Source: Myxococcales bacterium (GTDB lineage: Bacteria > Myxococcota_A > UBA9042). From it: a DNA stretch of 64,000 bases. The notes under the pieces were generated by a model. That model saw only the letters and a list, made by a program, of their open reading frames with translations, did not search any database and was not told the origin of the DNA. The position numbers and the translations under genes were made by a program. Location: contig SHZF01000004.1 of the NCBI GenBank assembly GCA_009692425.1, positions 10,175 through 74,174 of the forward strand, in the 5' to 3' direction. Below are positions 55,969 to 64,000 of the stretch, one piece after another; positions within the stretch are counted from its first letter, which is position 1, and every line of letters starts with the position of its first letter.

Positions 55969-56433
55969 ATGCACATCGCGCTGTACGAACCCGAAATCCC
56001 CGGCAACACCGGCAGCATCGGCCGGGTGTGCTTGGGCACCGGCTGCGCGCTGCACCTGATCGGCCGCCTCGGCTTTTCGCTGGACGAGAAGTACGTGCGA
56101 CGCGCCGGCCTCGACTACTGGCAGCACGTGGACGTGACGTGCCATGCCGATCTCGCCGCCTTCGTCGCCGCGCTGCCGGGGCGGCGCCTGTGGTGGTTCT
56201 CCGCGCGCGGAGGCCTGCGCTATGACGAGGCTCGCTACGGCCCCGACGACGTCCTGGTTTTCGGGGGCGAGACGCGCGGCTTTCCGCCTGCCGTGCGCGA
56301 CCAGGCAGGCGGCGACGGCGCCATGGTGCGGCTGCCGATGCGCGGGGCGATCCGCAGCCTGAACCTCGCCAACGCGGTGACGGCGGTCGTATACGAAGCG
56401 TGGCGGCAGAACGGTTTCCCTGGCAGCGCCTGA
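55969..56433 (+). CDS. trmL: tRNA (cytidine/uridine(34)-2'-O)-methyltransferase
   Basis: EPEIPGNTGSIGR.C, LGFSL..K..RRAGLDYW, FGGETRG, RSLNLAN. Confidence 0.93.
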   Translation: MHIALYEPEIPGNTGSIGRVCLGTGCALHLIGRLGFSLDEKYVRRAGLDYWQHVDVTCHADLAAFVAALPGRRLWWFSARGGLRYDEARYGPDDVLVFGGETRGFPPAVRDQAGGDGAMVRLPMRGAIRSLNLANAVTAVVYEAWRQNGFPGSA

Positions 56434-56533
56434 GAACTGGCGCGCATCACAGGACCTCTGCCAAGCTGGACGGCGCCGGCGGTGCCCGGCGGTGGGAGGC
56501 AGCGTGGTCGGGTCGATTGGCGTGCGGTGCGGA

Positions 56534-58249
56534 ATGGTGGTGCTGGCGCCGGTGCTGGTGCTGGTGCTGGCGTGCGGTGAGTCGGTGCCTGCGGCGAAGG
56601 CGGACGCTGCGACAGAAGCCTCGGCGAGCGCCACGACGGCCGACGCCAGCGCAGGAGCCAGCCCAACGTATTGGGGTGCCGTGAAGCCCGTGCTTGACCG
56701 CGCCTGCACCGGGTGCCACGCCAAGGGCGGCATCGGCCCCGACGAATTCGACTCACTCGGCGCAGCGAAAAAACACCTCGCCAAGGCGATCCAGGCCATC
56801 GAAGCAGGCCGGATGCCGCCGTGGATGCCGGCGCCCGGGTGCCGCCGCTACAAGTTCGAGCGCACGCTGGCCGCCGGCGATCTCGCGAAGCTGAAGGCTT
56901 GGCAGGGGGCCGGGATGCCTGAAGGCGACCCCAAGCAGACGCCCGCCCCGGTGCCGGGCGACGGACCCGTGCTGGTGGAGCCGCCTACGCTCGAACTGGC
57001 CATGCCGCTGCCGTACACGGCGACGACGGCAGTGCAAGACGACTACCGCTGTTTCGCGCTCGGCCAGCCCTTTGCGGCGGAGACGTGGCTGCGCGCGAGC
57101 CAGGTCCTGCCAGGCGACGCCGGCACCGTGCACCACGTGCTCGTCTTCCTCGTGGAGCCACACCAGTTGGGCCAGATCGCCGCGCTCGACACCCATGAAC
57201 CGGGGCCGGGCTGGACGTGCTACAGCGGTCCCGGCGTCACGCCGCCACAGACCGTCGCCGGCTGGGCTCCGGGCGGGGTGCCGGCCGTGATGCGCGCCGA
57301 CACGGCCATCCGCTTTCCGCAGGGCAGCCAACTCGTGATGCAGGTCCACTACAACTCGGCCAACCACGCCCCGCAACCCGACCGCACCCGGCTGCAACTG
57401 TGGACGCTCGCCAAGCAGCCCGGCCAGTTGCTTGAAATCCGCGCGCTGCCGTACCTGGGGCTGGCGGTGCCGGCGGGCGCGAAGGCGTTGAAGCAGGTCA
57501 AGCTGTTCACGAACCAGTCCAAGAAGCCGTGGACGATCGTCGGCGTGGTCGGCCACATGCACACGCTCGGCACCCGCATCACGCTGACCCATGTCGTGCC
57601 GGCCAGCGCGGGAAGCACGGCGGGCGCCGCGGGTCCAACCGGCAAAGAGACGTGCCTGCTCGACATTCCCAAGTGGGACTTCCACTGGCAACAGGGCTAC
57701 GCGCTGCGCGACGGCGAAGAAGTCACGGTGCTGCCGGGCGAAGGAGTGCGGCTCGACTGCACGTACGACAACAGCGCCGAAAACCAGCCGTGGGTCGCGG
57801 GCAAGCAGGGGGCGCCAAAGCACGTCACGTGGGGCGAAGGAACCTACGACGAGATGTGCCTCGGCTACCTGTCGCTCGTGCAGCCGTACACGCCGTATGC
57901 AGCGGTGAGCGGCAAGTCGTGCGAAAAGTTCCAACCCTGTTACGACGCGTGCAAGCCCGGTCTGAACATGACGGCGTGCGCGCTGCAGTGCGCCAACCAG
58001 TCCAGTGGCGGCTGCACGACCTGCGTGGCGGGCGCGCTGGTGGGCTGCGCGGCGGGCACGGGCGGGTGCGGCGCCCAGGCCCAGGGCCTGCTCGACTGCA
58101 TCACGGGGTGCCAGACACATCCCGACGCCAAGGCGTGCGTGACCCAGAGTTGCGTGCCCGCGATCTTTGCCTTCGATGGCTGCATGGCACCGGTGGTGCA
58201 GGCAGGCAGTTGCGACGGGATGCTCGCCGGGTGCGGGGCCAAGCTGTAG
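56534..58249 (+). CDS. Lipoprotein: c-type heme domain + copper type II (PHM/DBM-like) monooxygenase + Cys-rich tail
   Basis: VLAC lipobox, CTGCH...MPPW, DDYRCF, VHH, QVHY, HMH, WDFHWQ, DEMC. Confidence 0.8.
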   Translation: MVVLAPVLVLVLACGESVPAAKADAATEASASATTADASAGASPTYWGAVKPVLDRACTGCHAKGGIGPDEFDSLGAAKKHLAKAIQAIEAGRMPPWMPAPGCRRYKFERTLAAGDLAKLKAWQGAGMPEGDPKQTPAPVPGDGPVLVEPPTLELAMPLPYTATTAVQDDYRCFALGQPFAAETWLRASQVLPGDAGTVHHVLVFLVEPHQLGQIAALDTHEPGPGWTCYSGPGVTPPQTVAGWAPGGVPAVMRADTAIRFPQGSQLVMQVHYNSANHAPQPDRTRLQLWTLAKQPGQLLEIRALPYLGLAVPAGAKALKQVKLFTNQSKKPWTIVGVVGHMHTLGTRITLTHVVPASAGSTAGAAGPTGKETCLLDIPKWDFHWQQGYALRDGEEVTVLPGEGVRLDCTYDNSAENQPWVAGKQGAPKHVTWGEGTYDEMCLGYLSLVQPYTPYAAVSGKSCEKFQPCYDACKPGLNMTACALQCANQSSGGCTTCVAGALVGCAAGTGGCGAQAQGLLDCITGCQTHPDAKACVTQSCVPAIFAFDGCMAPVVQAGSCDGMLAGCGAKL

Positions 58250-58332
58250 CGAACCAGCGGTCGGTGGGACGCGTTCGTGCGAAATGTGCATCCCTTGCGA
58301 CACCCGGGCGCTGCTGGTAGCGTCCGTCGGCC

Positions 58333-59673
58333 ATGAAGAGTTCGCGTGCAGACATCCGGTGCGACGTGCTGGTGGTCGGCGCCGGACCCGCCGGATTTGG
58401 GGCGGCACTGGCGGCCCGGCGCAACGGCTGCGACGTCGTCCTGGCCGAGCGACTCGCGCGCGTTGGCGGCACGCTGACCCACGGGCTCGCGCTGACACCC
58501 GTCGGCTACGAGCCCTTTCGCCACTGGCTCGCGGCGACCGATCCCGCAGGTTGGCTCGTCCAAGGCATCGCGCGCGAACTGCACGATCGGCTGCTGCGTG
58601 CAGGCGGCGTGTGCAAGCCGGTGTGGGACCCGGAAATGTACGCGTGGTTGGTCGAAACGATGCTGGCCGAAGCGGGCGTGCGACTGCTGCTTCATGCCGG
58701 TTGCGTCGATGCCGTGCACGAAGGAGATCGCGTCGTCGGAGCGGTGCTGGCGCTGCGCTCGGGCCTGACGACCGTGCGGGCCGACATCTGCATCGATGCC
58801 AGCGGCGACGGCGACCTGTTCGCGCGCGCGGGCTGTGCCTTCGAAGTGGGCCGCGAAGCCGACGCGCGGCCGCAGCCGATGACGACGGCCAGCGTGTTCG
58901 GCAACCTGCGCCTCGACTGGGGCGGCGCCACCACGTACGCCGACATGATGGCGTGGGGCCGCGACGAACTCGCCATCCGCCTGACGGAAGGTCGGGCCAA
59001 AGGGGAATTGCCGCCGATCTTCGTGGGCAACCTGTTCCCGTACTTCGCCGGTGGCCGGATCGTGCGCAGCCAGGTGTGGTGCCGCATGGTGCAGTCGTGG
59101 CGCAATCCGCTCGATGCCGACGACGCCACGCTGGCCGAGGTCGAGGGGCGCGCACAATTGCAGACCATCGTCGCGTGGATGCGCACGCACCTGCCCGGAT
59201 TCGAAGACGCCGCGCTGATCCAGAGTTCGATGGCGTGGCCGCGCGAGTCGCGCCGGTTGCGCGGCGTGGCCACGTTGCGCGAGACCGATGTCGCCGGCAA
59301 CGTGCGGCGCGACGACGGCATCGCGCGCGGCGCCTGCTTCCTGGAGGTGCACTCGGCCACGCCGGGCGACCCAGAAGCCGAGCGCGGCTATGCGTGGAGC
59401 GCGGCAAAAGCCCGCTTTTCCGAAGACGTGGACTATGACATCGCCTACGGCTGCCTCGTGCCGGAGCGCATCGACGGCCTGCTGGTGGCGGGCCGCTGCC
59501 TGTCTGCCACGCACATCGCCCACGGGTCGGCGCGCATGCAGGCCACGGCCATGGCGCTCGGGCAGGCCGCAGGCACGGCGGCCGCGCTGGCACAGCAGGG
59601 TCGGGTGGAGCCCCGTGCCGTCGACGTGGCGCGGCTGCGCGACCGACTGCGCCACGTCGGCGCGCGCGTGTAG
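58333..59673 (+). CDS. FAD-dependent oxidoreductase
   Basis: DVLVVGAGPAG, IDASGDGDL, RESRRL.G, YDIAYGCLVP, AGRCLS.TH, MALGQAAG. Confidence 0.88.
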   Translation: MKSSRADIRCDVLVVGAGPAGFGAALAARRNGCDVVLAERLARVGGTLTHGLALTPVGYEPFRHWLAATDPAGWLVQGIARELHDRLLRAGGVCKPVWDPEMYAWLVETMLAEAGVRLLLHAGCVDAVHEGDRVVGAVLALRSGLTTVRADICIDASGDGDLFARAGCAFEVGREADARPQPMTTASVFGNLRLDWGGATTYADMMAWGRDELAIRLTEGRAKGELPPIFVGNLFPYFAGGRIVRSQVWCRMVQSWRNPLDADDATLAEVEGRAQLQTIVAWMRTHLPGFEDAALIQSSMAWPRESRRLRGVATLRETDVAGNVRRDDGIARGACFLEVHSATPGDPEAERGYAWSAAKARFSEDVDYDIAYGCLVPERIDGLLVAGRCLSATHIAHGSARMQATAMALGQAAGTAAALAQQGRVEPRAVDVARLRDRLRHVGARV

Positions 59674-59675
59674 CG

Positions 59676-60983
59676 GTGGCGCTGCGGCTCCCTCGCGTGC
59701 TGGTCCCGATCGACCTCGCCGAAGCCCTGCGGATGCTGGCGCAGCACCCCGATGCGTGCGCGGTCGCCGGCGGCACGCTGGCGCTGAACCCGACCCAGCC
59801 GATGCGGCCGGCGACGCTGATCGACCTGGGCGCGATCGGTCACGACGGCATCGAGTGGAGCGTCGCAGGCGAACTGTCCCTGGGTGGGCTGGTCCGCATC
59901 GGCGACCTCGCGCACGCGCCGGAACTGCGCCAGCCGGCGTGGGGCGCCCTGATCGAGGCAGTCGATGCGATGGAGCCCCGCGTGGTGCGGGCAGTGGCGA
60001 CGCTGGGCGGCAACTTGTGCAGTGGCGGCACCTTCGTCGGTCCGTTGGCCCTGCTCGGAGCTCGAGTGGAGGTGCAGTCCCGCGCTGGTGCGCGCTGGGC
60101 CGAGGCGGACGCCGTTGCGCTACAGCCCGGCGAACTGATCACGCGCGTGGTCGTGCCGGCGCCGGTCCGGTTTGCCCGCACGCACGCGGCAGTCCTGCGC
60201 CGCACGCCGGTGGGGCCCGCGCTGGTTGGCGTCGCGCTGGGTGAACGCGGCGGCCACTGCGACATCGTGGTCACGGGAGGCAACGTGCGGGCGCTGCGGA
60301 TCGGCGGCGCGCGGGCAGGCGCCGATCTCGCGCGCAGCGTCGCAGCGGCCGTGCTGGCAGCGGCTCCCGACGGCGGCCTCAGCGGCGACGGTCCGTGGCG
60401 CAGCGCGGTGGCAGGGGTGCTGGCGCGCAGGCTTGCAGGGATGGCGCAACCGCGTGCCGATGCCCCGGCGCGCCCCGACGGCAGGCGGCACGGTCCCATG
60501 TGGCGGCCGGCCGCCGTCGACGGTCCGTTCTGGTTCCGCGCTGACGTCGACGATGCGAGCCTAGCGGTCGAAGTCCCGGCCCACGCCACGCTGACAGAAG
60601 CATTGCGCGCTGCGGGCGCGACCCAGGTCAAGTCCGGCTGCGGAGAAGGCGCGTGTGGGGCGTGCGCGGTCTTGGTCGATGGCTGCCTCGTGCGTTCGTG
60701 CCTGACGCTGGCCAGCCGCTGCGGCGGCAGTCGCATCCGTACGGCAGCGGCGCCAGAGCACGCGGGCCTCGCGACGGCCATCGCAGCGGCGGGCGGGTTG
60801 CAATGTGGGTACTGCACGCCGGGCATCGTCGTCGCCCTCGGCAGCCTGGCTTGCACGGCGCCGCGTCCGCTCGACGCTGCGGCAGTGGCCGCCGAGCTCG
60901 ATGGCAATCTCTGCCGCTGCACGGGCTACCAGCAGTTGGTGGCGGCGGCGGCAGAAGCGTTGGGGCGCGAAGTGCCGAAATGA
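59676..60983 (+). CDS. Fused FAD-binding (CoxM-like) + 2x[2Fe-2S] (CoxS-like) subunit
   Basis: AGGT, ATLGGNL N-terminally; KSGCGEGACGAC..SCL, QCGYCTPG, NLCRCTGY C-terminally. Confidence 0.85.
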   Translation: MALRLPRVLVPIDLAEALRMLAQHPDACAVAGGTLALNPTQPMRPATLIDLGAIGHDGIEWSVAGELSLGGLVRIGDLAHAPELRQPAWGALIEAVDAMEPRVVRAVATLGGNLCSGGTFVGPLALLGARVEVQSRAGARWAEADAVALQPGELITRVVVPAPVRFARTHAAVLRRTPVGPALVGVALGERGGHCDIVVTGGNVRALRIGGARAGADLARSVAAAVLAAAPDGGLSGDGPWRSAVAGVLARRLAGMAQPRADAPARPDGRRHGPMWRPAAVDGPFWFRADVDDASLAVEVPAHATLTEALRAAGATQVKSGCGEGACGACAVLVDGCLVRSCLTLASRCGGSRIRTAAAPEHAGLATAIAAAGGLQCGYCTPGIVVALGSLACTAPRPLDAAAVAAELDGNLCRCTGYQQLVAAAAEALGREVPK

Positions 60984-63136
60984 CGGAGTCGCACGACGGA
61001 GAGACACCCCGCGATGGCTTGCCGCCCCGCGATGGCTTGGCGCGGGCGCGCGGCCAGGTTTCCTTCGTCAGCGACCTGCACTTGCCCGGTCTGTGCCATG
61101 GTGCCGTAGTGCGCAGCACGCGCGCCCACGCCAACGTCACGCACCTCGACCTGCGCGCTGCCCTCGCGCTCGACGGAGTGGTCGCGGTGGTGACGGCTGC
61201 CGACGCCCCGGGACCGGTGCCCGGCGAGCATTTCTACGGGGTTCCCCTGTCGGCCCGCCCCGTCCTGAGCGATGAGCCGTGCCATGTCGGGCAGGCGATC
61301 GCCGCGGTGTGTGCCGACGACCCGGAGACCGCGCGCCGGGCCGCGGCCCTCATCACCGTGCGCTACGACGCGCTGCCGTGGTGCGTCGATCTCGCGGCCG
61401 CCGCGGCTCCCGGAGCACCCGAGGTTCGGCGTGGTCGATCGAACCTCGCGCTGCCGGGCGGCAGCCTGTTGTTCGAGCAAGGCGACATCGACGGCGCGTT
61501 CGACCGGGCCGCCCACGTTGTCGAGGGCGAGTTCGCGACGTCCACCGTGCAGGCCGCTGCGCTGGAGCCGTATGCGTGTGTGGTGCGGCCTGAGGCGGAC
61601 GGCGGCGTGACGGTGTGGAAGGGCGCGCCGGCCCCCTTCGAACTGCGCCGCCAATTGGCCGAGTTCCTCGGCATCGACGAGGAGCGTGTGCGGATCGTGT
61701 GCGCGCCCGTCGGCGGTGGCTTCGGCAGCCGCATGGACGATCTGGAATACATCGGCGCCCTGCTCGCCCGCCGCGCCGGCCGACCCGTGCGGATGGTGCT
61801 GGCGCACAGCGAAGGGATGCTGGCCGGTCGTGTGCGCCACGGCGCGCGGTTCCAGGTGCGCAGCGCGCTCGATCGCGACGGGCGCCTGCTCGGCCGGGAA
61901 CTGCTGGCCGACTACGACACCGGCGCGTGGCTCGACACCGGGCCCTTCGTGATGTTGCGCGCGCTGCGACCGCTCGCCCTGTACCCGGCGCCTGCGCTGC
62001 GGTTCCGTGGCCGCCTCGTACACACGTCGAAGGCGGTCGGCGGTGCCACGCGTGGCTTTGGCAACCCGCAGGCGACGTTCGCCGTCGAACTCCACACCGG
62101 CGAACTGTGCCGGCAGTTGGGCTTGGATCCTGTCGCGTTTCGCCGCGATGCCCTCGCGCGCGCGGGCGACCCGAACCCGTCGGTGGGCGTCGCCGACGTA
62201 GGCAGCGGGCGCTTCACGCCGAAAGGGGCGCGCATCGCCACGTGTCGGGTGCGCGAGTGTCTCGACGAGGTGGTCGCGCGTCTGGGTCCCGCAGGCTCGC
62301 CGCAATGGCCGTGGCTGCGGCGCGGGGTCGGGTTCGCCTGCGCCATGCACACGAGCGGCAAGGGCCGCAACGAAGCGTCGGAGGTTCGCGTCGACATGGC
62401 TGCCGACGGCCGGGTCACGGTGACGAGCGGAGCGCCCGATCAGGGTGGCACCGGCGTCGCCAACACGCTCGCGTTGGTCGCCGGCCACGTGCTAGGCCTC
62501 GACCCGCGCGCGATCAACGTCTCACTCGGCGACACGGCCGCGGGCCTGTACGACAGCGGGGCGCACGCGTCGGGGCGCACTTACGTGACGGGCCATGCCG
62601 TGCACAAGGCGGCCACCGAATTGCGCGATCGGCTGCGGTCGGGAGCCGCGCTGCCTGCCACGGCCACGGTGCGCCACGAGCCGAGCGGCAATGCCCCGCC
62701 GTTTGCGGCGTGCGGGGCGGTGGTCGAGGTGGATACTGAAACGGGCCAGGTGCGCGTGCTGCGACTCGTGCTCATCGCCGATGTCGGCCGCGTGCTGAAC
62801 CCGATGGCGGTGCGTGGCCAGTTGCTCGGTGCCGCCGTGCAGGGCCTTGGGTTCGCGCTGACGGAGCGGCTCGACGTGTCGGCGGCCGGCTTCCTGACGA
62901 CACGCGGCTTGTATGACTACGGCTTGCTGCGCGCGTGCGACCTGCCCGACATCGACGTCGGCTGGATCGACGGCTTCGAGCCCAGCCACCCGCTCGGCTG
63001 CAAGGGCGCGGGCGAAATCGGGCTGATGCCAGTCGCGCCTGCGGTTGCCGATGCAGTGGCGGCCGCCGTGGGCGCTGCTCCGGCGCGGCTCCCGCTGACG
63101 CCGATGGACGTGTGGCGCCTCGCCGGCGGCTCGTAA
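60980..63136 (+). CDS. Xanthine dehydrogenase family molybdopterin-binding subunit
   Basis: ATGA overlap; QAAALEP, GGGFGSR, ATRGFG, DQGG, GQ..G..VQG.G, KGAGE. Confidence 0.9.
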   Translation: MTESHDGETPRDGLPPRDGLARARGQVSFVSDLHLPGLCHGAVVRSTRAHANVTHLDLRAALALDGVVAVVTAADAPGPVPGEHFYGVPLSARPVLSDEPCHVGQAIAAVCADDPETARRAAALITVRYDALPWCVDLAAAAAPGAPEVRRGRSNLALPGGSLLFEQGDIDGAFDRAAHVVEGEFATSTVQAAALEPYACVVRPEADGGVTVWKGAPAPFELRRQLAEFLGIDEERVRIVCAPVGGGFGSRMDDLEYIGALLARRAGRPVRMVLAHSEGMLAGRVRHGARFQVRSALDRDGRLLGRELLADYDTGAWLDTGPFVMLRALRPLALYPAPALRFRGRLVHTSKAVGGATRGFGNPQATFAVELHTGELCRQLGLDPVAFRRDALARAGDPNPSVGVADVGSGRFTPKGARIATCRVRECLDEVVARLGPAGSPQWPWLRRGVGFACAMHTSGKGRNEASEVRVDMAADGRVTVTSGAPDQGGTGVANTLALVAGHVLGLDPRAINVSLGDTAAGLYDSGAHASGRTYVTGHAVHKAATELRDRLRSGAALPATATVRHEPSGNAPPFAACGAVVEVDTETGQVRVLRLVLIADVGRVLNPMAVRGQLLGAAVQGLGFALTERLDVSAAGFLTTRGLYDYGLLRACDLPDIDVGWIDGFEPSHPLGCKGAGEIGLMPVAPAVADAVAAAVGAAPARLPLTPMDVWRLAGGS

Positions 63137-63247
63137 CACGCAGCCGTTCGTGACACGCAAGGGTGGCGCCTGCCGTCTGCCTTGCCGCTCCCGAACAGAC
63201 CCCGTACCATCAGCCGGGGCCCACCGCCCAGCAGGCGCCGTTTCCGC

Positions 63248-64000
63248 ATGCGCATCGCCCTCATCAATCCGCCGTGGATGTACAAGCGCCTGTATACGCA
63301 CGGCATCTATCCACCGTACGGCATCCTGATGGTTGGCACGGTGCTGCAGCGCGCCGGGCACGAAGTCCGCATCATCGACGCCAACGCCCACGACCTGGAC
63401 GACGCCGCCGTGCACGCCGAGCTGGCGCGGTTCGATCCGCACGCCCTCGGCATCACGGTGTTTACCGACAGCTTCGACTACATCGCGCGCACCGGGCCGT
63501 GGTGGCACCAAGCGTTTCCGGGGCGCCCGCTCGTCATCGGAGGGCCGCTCGTGTCGGGTGCGCCGGGGCCGTGCCTGGCAGCGTCTGGGGCGGACGTGGC
63601 GACGTTGGGCGAGGCCTTCGAGTCCGCTCCGCTCCTGTTTGCGGCGCTTGAGCGTGGCGACCCCCTCGACGCGATCCCGGGGCTCGCCATCGCGCGGCCC
63701 GGCCAGCCGATCGTGCGCACGGGCCCGACGCCGACCAGCGCCAGCCTCGACGCGCTCCCCTTGCCCGATTGGGAACTCCTCGACGTCGAACGCTACCTTG
63801 CAAGCAACGACGACCCCTATTTTCGCGACCGGCGGCTGCAGCGCTACCTGTCGATCATTACCACGCTCGGCTGTCCGTGGCGCTGCACGTTCTGCCAGGT
63901 GCCGACGCTGTTCGAGGGGGTACGCAAGCGCTCGCCCGCCTCGGTCGCCGCCGAGGTGGCCGGCTACCGCGAGCGCTACGGCATCGAGTCGATGTACTTC
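63248..64000 (+). CDS. Cobalamin-binding radical SAM protein (partial, runs off window)
   Basis: Not in ORF track; translated by hand: MRIALINPP...PPYG...GHEVRIID, IGGP, LPLPDW, TTLGCPWRCTFC. Confidence 0.88.
   Translation, partial: MRIALINPPWMYKRLYTHGIYPPYGILMVGTVLQRAGHEVRIIDANAHDLDDAAVHAELARFDPHALGITVFTDSFDYIARTGPWWHQAFPGRPLVIGGPLVSGAPGPCLAASGADVATLGEAFESAPLLFAALERGDPLDAIPGLAIARPGQPIVRTGPTPTSASLDALPLPDWELLDVERYLASNDDPYFRDRRLQRYLSIITTLGCPWRCTFCQVPTLFEGVRKRSPASVAAEVAGYRERYGIESMYF

Overview
High-GC (about 70%) bacterial chromosomal segment, most consistent with a Myxococcota/deltaproteobacterial genome (DUF1552/DUF1592 pair, DUF4175, zinc-ribbon/TPR and PEGA proteins, Cys-rich lipoproteins). 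About 49 real genes are supported; most ORFs in the track are GC-rich shadow frames. In order: a partial Cys-rich lipoprotein; an intergenic 7x17-bp array; an lspA-lgt-uppS-cdsA-lipB run on the minus strand; a His-Xaa-Ser-type radical SAM cluster (three HxsC-like rSAMs, hxsD, an HxsD-like protein, hxsB) with no visible His-Xaa-Ser precursor; three giant tandem Cys-rich lipoproteins with nine copies of one beta-sandwich-like domain; a two-component system; a polysaccharide deacetylase; a FadL-like OMP; mutY; a patatin; bamD; a stand-alone HRDC gene behind a complete sigma-54 promoter architecture; DUF4175; an orphan xanthine-dehydrogenase-family Mo subunit; kdd; TPR proteins; selB; the DUF1552/DUF1592 locus; trmL; a cytochrome c/Cu-monooxygenase fusion; and an FAD oxidoreductase - FAD/2Fe-2S fusion - Mo subunit run followed by a B12 radical SAM gene that runs off the end. 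Most notable: the precursor-less Hxs-like cluster with a candidate 30-codon repeat peptide inside it, and a roughly 150-bp structured element present in two diverged copies 47 kb apart. No rRNA, tRNA, transposase or CRISPR array was seen. All calls come from motif recognition by eye; no database searches were run.
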